A stretch of 63,773 bases of DNA, the filler included, from Hausera hauseri (taxonomy: Eukaryota), in assembly GCA_046269625.1 (NCBI GenBank). It is 11 parts of 11 records of this genome, joined end to end, with 100 filler letters (N's around TTAATTAATTAA, not from the genome) between each part and the next. Parts side by side here need not be neighbours in the genome. Positions count along the whole stretch, not along the records: positions 23,410 to 28,341 come from JBJURY010387924.1; positions 28,442 to 33,444 come from JBJURY010364039.1; positions 33,545 to 37,915 come from JBJURY010612666.1; positions 38,016 to 42,576 come from JBJURY010527456.1; 7 more parts are not named here. The stretch is one strand, 5' to 3'. The position numbers were made by a program, and so were the translations under genes. The notes under the pieces are model-generated. The model was not told the DNA's origin, ran no database searches, and saw only the letters and a program-made list of their open reading frames with translations. Of this stretch, positions 27,261 to 41,779 are shown in pieces. Within the stretch, counting starts at the first letter, position 1; the number at the start of each line of letters is the position of its first letter.

Positions 27261-30234
27261 CCTCATCCCTTTAATAATTTATCATTTTTCATTATTTTTA
27301 CTACTAGGTCGTCCAAAACAGGCCATAGTCTGTTGGTGCTATGTCAGCGCTGTAGGGAGGATGTGGTAATACTTCAAATTCATTTAATTCTCTAATTTTT
27401 TGTTTGGTTAATTTAGCACTATGTGCTGGGGTATTGTAAAGAGCACGTTTTCGGTTCGATAAGGCAGGATGTTTTCAACTAACCAACCTAAAATATGTTG
27501 ATTAGCATACCTTTTGAATAATGAGCCATAAATGTAGATTGTTTAAAATTTTTACTAATGAAAAATTTACAAAAATTAACAATTAATGTTTTGGAATCAT
27601 TTTTATAATATTCTATATTTATTATTTTATTTTCAATATTATTTATATTTAAAGTTGCTAAATTCCATTCATTTATATCATTTATTAATTTAAAAAATTT
27701 CAATTTTATTTTGTAATTTATAAAATATTTTTCTTTCATTCTATCAGCATTTGTTTGAGTTACTTTAAAATCAAAAAAGTATATTTATTACTAATTTTAA
27801 ATATTCCTTCATTATTTTTCATATAACATTTATGTTAATTAAAATGTGATTTGTAAAATTCATTGCAATAATTTAAACCACGTTCATGTTTGATGTGAAC
27901 TAAAATGTTCTTGCTTACATTTAATTATTCAAAATTATCTCATTTAGATATCATAGAAAATAATATTAAAAACAAATCAAATAGAATTGATATATCCGAT
28001 ATTTTAATGACTAGATTATTTGAAATGAATGCATTTAATTTCATTTTAGAAGCAAAAACAGGTAGTAGTAAAATATCTTACTTTACAATATATATTACAA
28101 ATTATTTATCATCATTTAATATAAGTAGGGGGAAAATACGCTTTCTGCCCCCCGGGGGGGTTAATCGATAAATCGATATTGCACATGTGCCGATCGATAG
28201 TGCATCCGGAGCACTATCGATCCATAAAGTGCTAGGCAACGGTGCCGTTAGTGACGGTTGCTAGGGGCATTTTTGCACATTTGACAAATCGATCGCTGCA
28301 CAGTGCAGTATTGATCGAATCGATCGGGATAAAGTGCTAATNNNNNNNNNNNNNNNNNNNNNNNNNNNNNNNNNNNNNNNNNNNNTTAATTAATTAANNN
28401 NNNNNNNNNNNNNNNNNNNNNNNNNNNNNNNNNNNNNNNNNATTACTGGGAAATTTGATGACCCAGTTTTTTGATTCTAATATTGATTTTAATATTTTCT
28501 GGGAGAAGATTTGTCCTTTCTAAAATTCAATCCGAGGGATTTGGTATTTTCAGAATTTGTTCGTCTCTGCTCTGGTTTTCTTGTTGATGATTTAGTAATC
28601 GTGGAAATTTGAATTTTCAAATTTTAATCTGATTTGCCGACCACAGGAACTCCACGTCTGTCACCAATTCCAAAAATCTAATCATGCTATTATGTAAATT
28701 GGAACTATCCACAGCTTTCAGTTTCAGAATTATGCAAATTTGGGGCTTTCTGAAAATTTTATGATTGTCCTCGTAATTTGAAATTTTAGATTTGAATTTG
28801 TTAATTATCGTTCATTAAACATCGATAAATTTACAAAAATACTGATTTTCATTAAAATCTACTTTATAATATATTTTTAGTCTTTTATTTTCAATAATAA
28901 AATATTCACATACATATAAGAAGTCACTAAGATTCTGCATCTACGGGATGAAATTCTGGGGAATGGAGGAAAAATAAAAATGGCTAGTGATTTAATATTT
29001 TTAATATTAGCTATTTTCCACCAATTTATTAATTTGTTGCTTTGGATATAAAAAACATAAAAGCAGTAGTGGTTGTTATACTCATCAAGGATTTAACAAT
29101 ACTTAAACGAGAAGATATTTAACGTAATACAAGTTTTATTATTTGTACACAAATATCACACTGTCATAGTGAATTGCTAAATTGTCAGGATTTCGAATCA
29201 CATTTATAAATGATATTCGGTTGTTCTGCAATATTCGGATAAATGTAATGTCAAATGTTCAATTATTAAATGTTACACACATAAATGTTATTCGATAAGT
29301 TAATGTTGCAGTATTCGGTTTCCTTGTTCGATTTGGTCCGATACTGAATTGAATTGAGATTTTCTATTTGGATTTGGATTTTATTTGTTGTCGAACAATA
29401 ATATTTGCCATGCACGTAACAAATTAAAAATTGTAATTATATAACCTTGTTTTATGATGTGATATACAAAATTTCTGGAGTTCATTTCAGTAGATTCTTT
29501 GTTTCACCATTTTTCTCACTATGCACTGTGCACCAGAAATCAATTTTTGTTGTAAAATATTTCCTGTTTTGTTAGCCTTAACAAACCACAAAGTGATAAA
29601 TCAAATGAAATTGTCAACATATGATTAATTTTGTAATAAAAGTAACGATTTTCTTCATTGTAATCATTAAAATAGTAATCATATTTGTTCAAAAATTGTT
29701 CAGCTTCGTCTGACATTAAATTTATGTTCGATGCATTTCCTTCGTCGATTAAAACTTAAAGTAGTTTAACATAATTTGGTAGCTCTCTTTTCTTTTTATA
29801 TAAGCGTATTTCCATTAATGATTTTGACAACAAAACCGAACTAGAAGAATTCATCGCTCAAGCGAATACGTCAAAAAGTAATGTAATCGAGAACATTTTC
29901 TGCAATGACATTCTCTATTTGCATGATGTATTTTCCTACGAGCCTCACTACTTTCTCCAATTAAACCAGCTGACAACGTAAGTATAATAATACTCACTTA
30001 TGAATGAGCCAAAGTGTTATAAGCAGACATCAGTTATATCCAAAAACATGATAGACCAATTTTTGAAATTGGTCAGTTTAGCTCAAATGAGAATGAACAT
30101 TGAAGGTGTAATTGAATTTATTCTGGTGAACTGGATTTACATATTCGAAAAACCAAAATCAATTTTGCTTGAATATTCTAAGTGCCTCATATGAAGCAAA
30201 TTCAGAGAATTCTTTCAAACTTTCGAAATCGAAA

Positions 30235-30330
30235 AAAATTTAACAGTTCATCCCAGCGTCAATCGAATGGTTTGGTAGAATGAGTTATCCGAACATCCTG
30301 TGCTATGATAATCACAAGTGTAACAGGTAC
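30235..30330 (+). mobile_element. Small integrase remnant
   Basis: Decayed HPxQSNGLVE*VIRT motif. Confidence 0.5.
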
Positions 30331-31717
30331 AGTGTAAAGATAGTGTTTGAAACTTGTGCGAAAAATCGAATTTCCACTTAATAAAACAGTCTAGATTACA
30401 ACAAGATACTTACCATTTAAAATTGGCTGATACTTATGATACTACTTAAAATATGATTAATTTTAACAATAAATTTATTGGAAATTTAAAGGCTAAAGAA
30501 TATTATGAATAGTTACTCAATTTGGAAATTGTTAAGTTGCACAGATATTTTATATGAATTTCATTAATATGTTCTCACTAATAAATAAAACGTCATAAGG
30601 TTTAAAATATTCCAAAATTACCAAAAACATATTTTGAAAATTCGCGTATACGATTGTTCTTTGTGTCATATTCTCCATACATGTGGAAACAGTTGGAGGT
30701 TTATTTTATTTTCTAAAAATATTTCACTTTCCTCTTTTATTAACATCTTCAAGTTATAAATATTTATACCATTCTGCTGATTGACATGCTAATGTATAAC
30801 TTATACAGTTACTACATAAAGTACTATTTTCCTATTAAACCATATGATAACTGAACATTTTCTTATATAATTTCCGTATTTCTGTACTGTGATGACAATT
30901 TATATTTAACACTATGTTGAACTTGAGAAGTTATTGTTATCTCATGTTATTCCAAATTATATCGTCCCAGAATATAGGAAAAATTTAATTTTTCTTATTA
31001 AAATCAAAACATAAATGATATAAAAAAATTTGAACATGATTGTTATTATACTCATGTTTAAATTATTTATTTAACATTTAGCATGCTTATTCTTTACATT
31101 TATTGCATTTTGAAAAGTCTTTCTGCAGTATCAAAAAGAATAGAAAATTACGAAAGAATAAAGCACGGATATTTATTACACAATGTCCAATTTAGCAGAA
31201 TACTTTGCATTGATTTAAGATATATAGTACGCTTATAATGCCTGTTTACAAAAATAAATATTACATTTTTATATTCCATTCATGTGATATATAACTTCTT
31301 ATAGATTTATTATTTGAATATATTGTGACCTTTTTGGACATCAGTAGTTATAAAATATTTATTAAAATTCTAATCAGGGTTAACTTACAACCATAAATGT
31401 TTTGTAATAATTCACGAAATCCCCATTTTTAACTTTCCCAAAAGTCTATTACTGTTGTAATTTAGAAAATTAATGAATATTGAAAATGCTGAATTTCTAA
31501 TATAGATTTTGTGAAATGTTTCTATATAAAAATGAAAATATCTTAATCAAAGCAGTTTTCTTAAAGAAATTTAAAATACCTTACAAATTGTTATTAATTG
31601 ACAAATAATTGCGTAAAGCTCAAATTAAACATAAATTCGAATGACGAAAGTAGGATTGATACCAAATTGAATTACTGTTACGCAAGTTGGACATCATACT
31701 CACACACAGCGCTGTTG

Positions 31718-31728
31718 CATATATAAGC
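31718..31728 (+). promoter_or_regulatory. Candidate TATA box of the metallothionein-like gene
   Basis: TATATAAG about 40 nt upstream of an ATG with an A-rich context (TTTCAAAATG). Confidence 0.55.
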
Positions 31729-31760
31729 TGTTGAAAATCTGTTCAAATAACAATTTCAAA

Positions 31761-31856
31761 ATGTCTGACGAACAAAACCAAAAGTGCTGCGAATGCGAAT
31801 GCCAAGGTGAAGTTTGCAAGTGCGCCGAAGAATGCGAAGATTGCCCATGTCAATAA
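31761..31856 (+). CDS. Metallothionein-like peptide, 31 aa
   Basis: MSDEQNQKCCECECQGEVCKCAEECEDCPCQ*: 9 Cys in CC and CxC patterns, no aromatic residues, a GC-richer island in very AT-rich DNA. Confidence 0.78.
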   Translation: MSDEQNQKCCECECQGEVCKCAEECEDCPCQ

Positions 31857-33544
31857 TCTGAGTGATTTTTCAATGTTAATAAATTTTTGTTGATTTGAAT
31901 GTTGATGACTTACTTGTGTATATTTTGTTATTGTTTTATATTTGGTTTCACATTTTGTTTCACTTTTCATAGAATATTTTATTAAGCTTATTTATCTATA
32001 GTTAGTTTGTTATTTGACAAATACTTAAAATTTATCAACGTTAATATTTTCTAATAAATGTAATTCAAAATTAAGTTCAAGAAAATTTTATTTGAGTAAA
32101 TGTTAAAATACTTGATTCATAAATACATAATTTTATTTAGTTTAATTAATTTTCTTAGTCTTAATCTTTAATCCTTCATCGGTATATATTTTTAACATTA
32201 CGTAATAATTCGACAATTTGAAAATGGTTTTTACTTCAATTCCAATTAATACAAACGAACTTTTACATCAATAGAAAATATTCTGAGAATCTTTATTGAA
32301 TTATTTGGATTTTAAAGTAAACTGGGTACTGTAGAAATGATATGTAGGCTGTGTCAAATCTTAACCATTCTGAGTAATATTTACTTTATCTAGAAATTAT
32401 GTGATTAAAAATTTGTTATTTAAAATAAATTTTTAAAATAATGTAAATATTTTCTAGTTAAGTCTTATGAGCAATAGCAAGCGTAATAATTTTGTTATAA
32501 AATTATTACAAGTAGAAACATTAATGTTTATTTCACAGTATATCAATCCTACGTCAAATCGATTGGACATTATTTGGATATCTCGTAGAATTAAATTTCA
32601 AAATTGATAAATGGTTCCACGGTGGTACGGCGACCTTGTGATCATCTACTCCTAAAGGCAATTTCTTGATTCAATATTTATTGATATCACAAAGTGTTAG
32701 ATACGAGTAAGTGGCAAGACTTATAGAAAAATTTATGTAATTAGCCGAAAGACATTTCATTTATTTATCTGTATTTAAGGGTATAGAAAATTCGAATCTT
32801 ATTTACCGACATCAAATTTTTGGTCGTTATTTCGTTCTCTTGGTACATTCATTTTGTGAGTAACATTTTAATCGACGTGAGAACTTGTACTAACTGTAGG
32901 TTATGACGTATTGTATTTGAGATCTCTTATCGCAAGAATGTGGTCGTTCAGAATGTTGCCTAGTTTCGCGATCCGTTAAGTTGATGTTTAAGTCTTCTGT
33001 ATACAATATTCGTTGTAGGATAGCTTGTAGTGAGTGTATAGACGTCGCAAAATGTTAGATGAGGACGAATAATTTTTCGGCTGGTATATCGTGAATAAAT
33101 TTTCCTTGTTTCGTGGAATAATTGACAGTGAAAGTTTTGGTTGTTCAATTCTAAAAAATTCCATACAATAGTAATAATCACGGTATCAGAATTTACCTAT
33201 GACAATCGCTAGAGAATCTTCCTGGAACTTTTGTAAATGTTTCTTAACAAAGTTGAATAGTAATAATTGTAGTAGTTTGTCCAGTTGTGGCAGTTTACAT
33301 ACGGCAGTAAAATCGAGTTTAAAAAATTGAATTATAAAAATTCGATTTATGATTTTTCAAATTTCTGATTACTGGGAAATTTGATGACCCAGTTTTTTGA
33401 TTCTAATATTGATTTTAATATTTTCTGGGAGAAGATTTGTCCTTNNNNNNNNNNNNNNNNNNNNNNNNNNNNNNNNNNNNNNNNNNNNTTAATTAATTAA
33501 NNNNNNNNNNNNNNNNNNNNNNNNNNNNNNNNNNNNNNNNNNNN

Positions 33545-36500
33545 ATAAACTTACAATCAGGATCAATTTGTCCTAATAATGAGGATAAACCCCCTAGTTA
33601 CAACAAAACAAACATCTGGTTAGGACATGTTGAGAAAATACCACCCAATTCTCAAATGGTTATACATGTTGGAACAATTTTCCCAGACAACCGTGTCATT
33701 GAATTTGTGCCGAATACTCTTTGAAGTGGGCTATTATTTCCACATTATTGCGTTAATGCAATTGGAGAAACTATTCCAGTAGAAGTTTTAAACCCAACCC
33801 CCAAATATGTCACGTTGTTCACAAAAGCAAAAATCGGACAAGCTTTTGAAACAACTCGTCGTGAGAATTACGATAACAAAGTCGCGACCGTCTCTACCAC
33901 GGAACAAGAAAATACCGAAGATATATTAAATGTCGTTCTCGCAAAAGCGAAGAAAAATCTATCAGATGAATATCTAAAAAATTTCCCAGATCTCATTTTT
34001 GAGTATCTTGATATTTTTGCAAAGAATGAAACAGATATCAGACAAACAGGAAAAGAAATAGATTTATTGCGACAACCTATACCAAAATGGTACTCTCCTG
34101 CAAAAGCACTCCAAAAGGAAGTTAAAGAACAAATTCAAGCTATGCTCGATAAAGGCATTATAGAACCAAGTCAATATCCATGGCCCTCTCCAAGAAGGCT
34201 AATACGACTAAACACCGTTTGTGTGTAAATTATGTTACCTTAAATAAGCACCTGATGAATCATGCTTATCCGATTCCTCGTATACGAGAGATTATAAACG
34301 AACTTAAGGACTGTAAATATTTTACCACTTTAGATTTACAAAGTGGATTTTGTCAAATTCCTGTGGCTGAAGAAGACCGATAGAAAACTGCATTCAACAC
34401 ACACACCGGAGTCTATAAATTCACTCGTATGCCATTTGGTTTAAAAACAGCACCCACATTCTTTCAAGAATTTATTCGCCTGGTGCTAAAAGGAGTACGA
34501 GGTTTATCATACATTGATGACATTCTCATTGCGTCCAAGATATGGTCTGCGCATTTAGCTGAATTGAAAGAAGTATTGGATCAAATTAGACTTGCGAAAT
34601 TAAAGTTAAATCCAAAAAAATGTGAATGGTGCAAGAAGGAAGTTAGATATCTTAAATTTGTTGTTTCTAAGCAAGGAATTTCGACTAGTTCTGATTTAAT
34701 ATCCAAAATTATGGAATATCCCCCACCAACAAATGTCCACGAAATGAAAGCTTGGCTAGGATTAGGAGGATTTTATGCTACATTTATACCTGACTTTGCG
34801 GAAATCAACCAGCCTCAATATAAACTGTTAAGAAAGGACCACAAATGGAAATGGACAAAAGAAAACCAAAATGCATTTGACGAGATCAAAAAACGAATGG
34901 TATTCGCACCTATATTGAGATACCCAGATTTTTCGTTACCATTCATTCTGAAAACCGATGCAAGCATAAAAGCAATTAGCTATATATTAGCCCAGCAAAG
35001 TCCAGAGGAAACAACCGAGCATGTAATCGCCTACAGAGGACGAAGTTTAAATAATGCAGAACGAAAATACTCAACCACTGAATTACAGTTATTAGCCATT
35101 CGCGATGGATTGCGACATTACGAGTATTATGTTTACGGTCATAAAATCATATTTACCGACCATAAGGCACTTTTATCTTTACGCTCCGACAATAGACATG
35201 TATCAAGTCGACTCCAAAGATGAAAGTTGAAGCTTTTAAATTATGACCTTGAATACCTATATCGTCCTGGCAAAGAAAACATGGATGACGACGCGCTTTC
35301 GAGAATCCCATATTATAAGATAGTAGCTGCAGTTTATAAACCATTAGATAATGAGAATGACAAATAACTAAATGAGAAAATCATTAATGATATGTTGCAA
35401 GAACAACGCCAAATTAAAGTAGGAAATATCGAGACCTTACAAAACCAAGATCCCTTTATTGTTCGAATCAAACAATTAATCAACGGACAATCAGTTGACT
35501 CAACATCGAACCATATTCAAAAATTTTATGAAAAGAACCGAGAAAATCCTGAGATCGAAAATGGCGTTTTACGACTAAGAGTCGGAGAAAGAAAACTGAT
35601 CCTTGTACGCACACCGGCCATCAAGGCTGTCATGCTACAGGAACACGATTCACACTTGGCTGGACATCCATCTTTAAACAATACCTTGAAGCGTATAACC
35701 GCAAAATATGACTGGCCTCAAATGAATAAAAATATTGAAGAATGGATAAGTTCGTGTAAAATATGTGCTACAAGAAAAGATAGAGGATCTCGTGTAAAAC
35801 CATTTTTAGGAAGCTTACCTGAAGCACGGAAGCCAATGGAAGTGTGAACAATGGATATCTCCGGACCCTTCTCAGCTTCAGACTCAGGATACAAATATAT
35901 ACTGTCCCTTGTTGACTACTATTCTCGCTACGTCAGACTGGTGCCATTAAAAACCATGACGAGTAGCACAGTTGCTAAAGCCTTTTTCTATAAAATTTTT
36001 GCTGTACTAGGCACCCCGAAACAGCTGCAAACTGACCGTGCACCATATTTTATCAGCGAATTTTTCGAAAAATTGTCAGAAATATTCCAGTGCAAACATT
36101 TGCTAACGACATCATACCATCCGCAATGTAACGGCATGGTTGAGAAAATGAACCGTATCATCCAAGGTATCCTCCCTACAAAGGTAGCAAATGATTAAAC
36201 CATTTGAAAACTACGTCCTTTGCAATTAACACTACGCCTGTCAAAAGTACCAATCATTCACCTTTTGAGATAATGTTTGGACGATTACCTTTACTACCAT
36301 TAGATACGGATTTACTACCATCATCCTTATTAACCAGTGATCACATGGATGACCAATACCAGATTTTGCTAAAACGACTTGAATACATTCAACGTGAAGC
36401 AAAAGTTTGAAGAAAAATACAGAGCCGGATATAAAAAGCAATTTAACAAGAAAGCACGACCACATACTTATAAGATTGGAGACTAATGGTTCATTACCCT

Positions 36501-36782
36501 GCAGCAAAGAAAGGCAAATCGTTAAAATTAACGCGTACAGGCCAAGGACCGTACAAAGTTGTTTATGTGCGTCCACAAACGCATTTCATTCAGAAAGGAC
36601 CTGATAAATACAAGACCATGTATGTTCAACGAGTAACTCGAGCGCCTACATCATATAACGACTTCATACGCGAAGCAGAGCTAGAATCGCCCAACACAGA
36701 AGAGCCCAAAGTAGCAGAACTATGCAAAACTTACTCGATGAATAACTCAGAATATTACTCATTTCATTTCATTCAGAGCTGA
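33545..36782 (+). mobile_element. Degenerate Ty3/Gypsy pol (RT-RNase H-integrase-GPY), related to the large element
   Basis: LDLQSGF, MPFGLKTAP, SYIDD, ILKTDAS, HDSHLAGH...CKIC, QTDR, YHPQCNGMVE and VHYPAAKKGKSLKLTRTGQGPY. Confidence 0.93.
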
Positions 36783-37700
36783 TACATGGCTATCCTTTCT
36801 TCATGCGTTTATCATGCCTATTACAACTGAAGGCATCAACCTAACGGTAGCACCACTTAATGTATTGGTTGAACGCACCACAATTATCAATGTTGATACA
36901 AATAAACCTAGTATTTGTCTTCGAACCCACTTGCCGGTAATAATACATCATAAAGTTGATTTTGTCTTCACATTACAATATAATGTCTTCTCAGTGTGCA
37001 CAATTCTTGAAGCACATAACGAAACTTCCTGTTCCGTCAATTACGAATCAACGTATACGTACTATGTAACACTGAAGGTCAATAATACCGATGCAATTCT
37101 TTGGCAGCCAAATATGACTTTTTCACGTTCCCACTCATCAAGCAATGAACATATTGAAAACTTCCGATGTATTTTCGCGCAATCCTTTTATCGCCTATTT
37201 CTTACAACATGATATTGAAATTTCTAGTATCGATCTTGTAAGACAACCACCTTGTATGAATTTCCGCACCACACAGTTATTACCCATCAAATTTGAGATC
37301 AGCATATGGATCGACCCTATCTCTACATCTATACAACAACCACATTATTGTTATCTTAAGCGGAATGATATTCGTTCATGCTGCACGCTCTATCCAGACA
37401 TCTAGTACAGAATCCGTTTAGATGCATATCAAACAATGGAAAATAGTCAATCCATTAGAGTGCATTCTCATCGCATTCCTATTTTATTTTCAGTTAAACC
37501 AAACATACATATTCCAGCCCTTGCCATGAAGCGCATTACTTCTCCGCGATCTACGAAACAGATGATAACACCGAAATTAGGCACTACACCCACCTATAAG
37601 GATAGGGGAGACCGAGACCAAGACCGAGACCAAGATCGAGATCGAAACCAAAATCAAAATCTCAAATGAAAGTCAAAAGTTCAGATTAAACCACAGAATC
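36760..37700 (+). pseudogene. Post-integrase accessory ORF-A homolog
   Basis: PISTSIQQPHYCYLKRNDIRSCCTL aligns with PLNTSIPKPGYCSLARRRITVCCVL of 48579-49487; followed by a T-rich segment and a GACCGAGACCAA-type repeat. Confidence 0.7.
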
Positions 37701-38569
37701 AGTATAAATACAGGATCAACGGCCATATACGTTGAAACAGAAATTACATAAACATGTATTTTATGGGAAATGGATGAAAGAATTTCCATATACAGACCGT
37801 GTTGAGATAATACTGTAAAACACAATGAATGAACGAAACATCATGGTAATATGTACAGGTTCTGACGAAAAAGTTATTATCAAGTACGAGACAAATAAAA
37901 AAATTCTGTAAAAAGNNNNNNNNNNNNNNNNNNNNNNNNNNNNNNNNNNNNNNNNNNNNTTAATTAATTAANNNNNNNNNNNNNNNNNNNNNNNNNNNNN
38001 NNNNNNNNNNNNNNNCGATGATTTTGAAATATCCGTCGTTTTCTCGGAGCTGTTCAGGCTGCGTCCGCTCTCCACGGCGTCCTCTTCAGTACTGACGGCT
38101 TTTACAGTGACGAACCACCATTATATAGGGTTTTTGTGGTGACGTCACTGGAGCTTCTGAACGCATCTTAAGCGCCATTAAGCGTTAATATCGTGTTACA
38201 CCAAGCAATGATTTTAATAAGATGGAAAGAATTTCAGTGACAACCATTATGTTTATTAAACATATGTAAACTGTCACCTAGACGCTGCTAACTGTGTATC
38301 ATAATATATTTTTACCCCACGTATACTACTACCATCTACTGACCAACACTTGTCTTTAGTTTTGTCCCTTAATTACTTGTTTAGATTAGAAATGTATAAT
38401 TTGTATTTATTATAAGCTGTTGTGTATTTATTGTACTGTTGTGTATTTTATTGTTTTGCACTTTTGTTTTATGTTGCACCATGATCTCTGAGGAACATTG
38501 ATTCGTTTCATTATGTACCTATATATAACTGAAATGAAAATGAAGACTCTCTGGCTCTGACCTTTTTTT

Positions 38570-39040
38570 AGAGGTAGTTGTATCCTGGTTATGTATGTGT
38601 GTTATGGCTCTTGAAGCACTGACTCAAGCAGAAGTCTCCCCTAAATTCTTGAATTGCCTTTTCTTGACACTTTTTTCAAGGCTGCGGTTATGCTTGTTGC
38701 TTGTGCACCTTTTCTACCCCACTTTTCCTTTACCTGAGGGTCTTCATGACTTAACCAGACTAAGGGACCATTTAATGGCTGGGAAACCCTTGCAGGTGCT
38801 TTGTGTTGATTAGCTGAATCGAGTGTGACACAATGAGTCTACAATATTAAACTTTTTTCACAATATACTAATTTTCTGAGATAATGACTTTTGGGTTTTC
38901 ATTAGCTGGGAGCCATAATGGTCAACGTTGAAAGAAATAAACTCTTGAAATAGATTACTCTGTAATGAATGTATATAATATATGAGTTTCACTTTTTGAA
39001 TTGAATTACAGAAATACATTTCCGTGATATTCTAATTTGT
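38570..39040. mobile_element. Tc1/mariner-like non-coding remnant of a type common in teleosts
   Basis: Recognised from memory: CAAGGCTGCGGTTAT.C.TGTTGCTTGTGCACCTTTT and TIR-like GAGTTTCACTTTTTGAATTGAATTAC. Confidence 0.55.
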
Positions 39041-40609
39041 CCTATGAGTTTGGACCAAGAAGCCACATTCCTCTAATATATAAAATTCTTAGCAAGACTC
39101 AGTTGAGACAAAGATGATTAAAGGTTAAATATACACTTCAGATCATCAGAATACATATTAAGTTGTAGAATACAGCAGACCAGATCGAGACATATAATGG
39201 TCCATTGTCCATATTAATTAAATTAAGCACGTCTCAAACATGCTCTTATACATTTTAGAAACATTTGTGTTGCCTTTTAACTGAGTACATTATGGGGTAA
39301 TTCTGCACAAAAACAAGCTATAACTAGGACTCATCTTAGTAGTGGACACATTTTCACTGTCTTTTGGTTTATCTGGCATGGGCTTCTTTGGTTTTCAACT
39401 GCTCCCATTCTGTGACGCCACAGATGATTCTGCATTACTGTGACTAACCATTTGTCAATCATAACAAGTATACAGTATTTTGTTTTAAATTTTATTTAGA
39501 TTTATTGTTTGTGTTGCCTGGGTCACTGTTAAAATTATAGTCAAAATTTGGGCTGATTGAAAAACCCCTGATATATACATCAAGTGTAGTGTACAGTAAA
39601 GTAAAAATTCTATCCCAGCTTGTCATAGCACAAGGCCAGACATAGCATGCCCTGTAATTTATGAACAAGATTAGAAGCTAAATTCATCTGATTAATAGTC
39701 CACAGCCACTACTGCTAAATATATTCTTAGCAGATGATAAACAGTTGAAACTCTTGTTGATTAAACACAGTTACTCAAGATGAGCAATTTTAAGTTTTAA
39801 AATTACTTTAAACATTACAATAAGAATGCTTCTAAGAATGCATGACAGTAATACATGAGTAAATGATAATCAGATTGCTCACTGTTTATAATCTGGTATA
39901 AAGAGTTGTTTTTCATTAGAGACATCTGCACAATTGCACCTGCACATTCACACTCATAATTATCCAATCCACCATTCATGTGACAGCAACAGAAAGTAAA
40001 AATATGCATTTGAAGTTAACTAACCAAGTTTAATAATAAGAGATAACTACTAATCATTGAGATTCCTTTCGTCTTTTGTTTAAAATTTTAATTAAGAGAG
40101 TATATGACAAATTTTATGTCACATAATGTTACATGTTAAAATAAATTGTAATACTTTAATCATAAATAAATACAGATTATAGCATTTGACAGGATTACAT
40201 GATTTAGTTATTAAATGTCCCCCAACTTGCAGATAATATAAGATAATCCTTTATTAGTCTCACAGTTGGGAAAATCACATTCAGATGATAGTTTACTTCA
40301 ATAACCTTAATTATATTATCAACTGAAAGGTCAGGTTGAGGTCACTTTCTATTCTTTTTTTCCCTTTCTTACCCCCCCTTTCTCTTCTCGTTGTCGGATA
40401 ACTAGTGTCAGTGCCCAACAGTGGAGGGGAAGTGACAGGCTCCTCAGCCTGGAGGGTATTGGCATAGTATCTCTGGAAGATCTCTTGCATGACATGACAT
40501 TTGCCAGTAGGTTTGTGTTTCAACAAGATCAGATGTGATTGTTACAACATTTAGGACAAGTGCTATTATTGAAAATGGACTTTCTTGTGAATACAGTGTA
40601 AACTTTCGT

Positions 40610-40860
40610 CTTTACACTGGCTACCAGTTAAATTCCGCATTGACTATAAAATACTTTTACTAACTTATAATGCTCTAAATGGACTTGCTCCTCAGTATTT
40701 GAGTGAGCTTATTGACCACTACAACCCAGCAATGATCACTTCATTCACAAGATGCAGGGTTACTTCTAGTTCCTAAAATCAAAAAGGTCACAGCTGGAGG
40801 AAGATTTTTCTATATTTGGTCTAGGTTAAAAACATATTTATTTACTCAGGCTTTCTACTA
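40610..40860 (+). mobile_element. L2 LINE ORF2 C-terminal fragment
   Basis: LHWLPVKFRIDYKILLLTYNALNGLAPQYLSEL ... RLKTYLFTQAF. Confidence 0.85.
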
Positions 40861-41779
40861 AGCCTTCAAACTAGGGGTGTGTGGCTTCACTCCTGGGTGT
40901 TGCTGTTATAGCTAGGGGTGCTGGAGTCGAAATTTACTTTCTAAATCTGTACACTCTTAATGATTTCACTTTTTAACTACATCTTCTGTGGTTTCACTCC
41001 CAGGTGATATTTATGATGGTAACCTGTTCACCTCTCGAGTCTGCACTACTCGACTGACATGCCATCAGTCCTGATCGATGAGGCGGGACCAGGCGTGCTT
41101 GCTGCAAGACCTTTTAAAAAACCTTTTAGACTATTTCAAAAACTGGACCGATTGATTGAAGAACTATTAATTTAGTAAATTCATTTAATTCAAAGAAACA
41201 TTTGACGTATTATGAAATTCTTTTAATTTCTATTAAGGTCAATTATTTTGATGCTCTCAGAGTTTTCAGAATGTAAAATTCCTTATTTGGTCTAATTTGA
41301 ACCGTGATCAATCTGGATCAAATGTCTATTTCTTGCCAAAATGATATTGTTTTGACGAGTTTTTATTTACTTTATATCAAATTTCAATTCTACGACTTTT
41401 CCTTTCACGATCTTTCTTTTAGATGTCACTTACGATTGTTGATATGAAATTATTCGTGGTGGTAATAAAAACACAGCGAGTCATTTATATTGATAAAATT
41501 TCCATCATGCCCCGCCCCTATATCAGTCGCCAATGAAGACTACTCAAGCGTATTATCCCAGTTTGTCTTGTATTGCCTACAAGGTTGCATTTTACAGCCT
41601 GGTCCAGACTTTACTTTCAACCTCAGTATTTGTCATTTTGCCAAAATAAAAACCTGTCACTTGCAAGCATGGATATCATTGTATTGTCATTAGTGATTTC
41701 AACAGTCACTCAGAAAGATTGGGATACACTGAGATTGACAAAAGAGGAGAGGAAGTAGAGGACTGGGAAATAGACACAT

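Larger units (their letters stand above)
28442..33444. repeat. Contig with exact 77-nt terminal direct repeat (28442-28518 = 33368-33444); 4,926-bp circular or tandem unit
   Basis: Identical first and last 77 nt. Confidence 0.92.

Noticed and set aside
27488-28171. ORFs in extremely AT-rich DNA resembling organellar genes
   Set aside because: Low-complexity I/N/K/F translation with no recognisable motif.
31743-31970. 75-aa minus-strand ORF with a hydrophobic tail
   Set aside because: Antisense shadow of the Cys-rich plus-strand gene.
37605-37670. GACCGAGACCAA-type repeat as a CRISPR-like array
   Set aside because: Short hexamer-based tandem repeat with no spacers, in a eukaryotic context.
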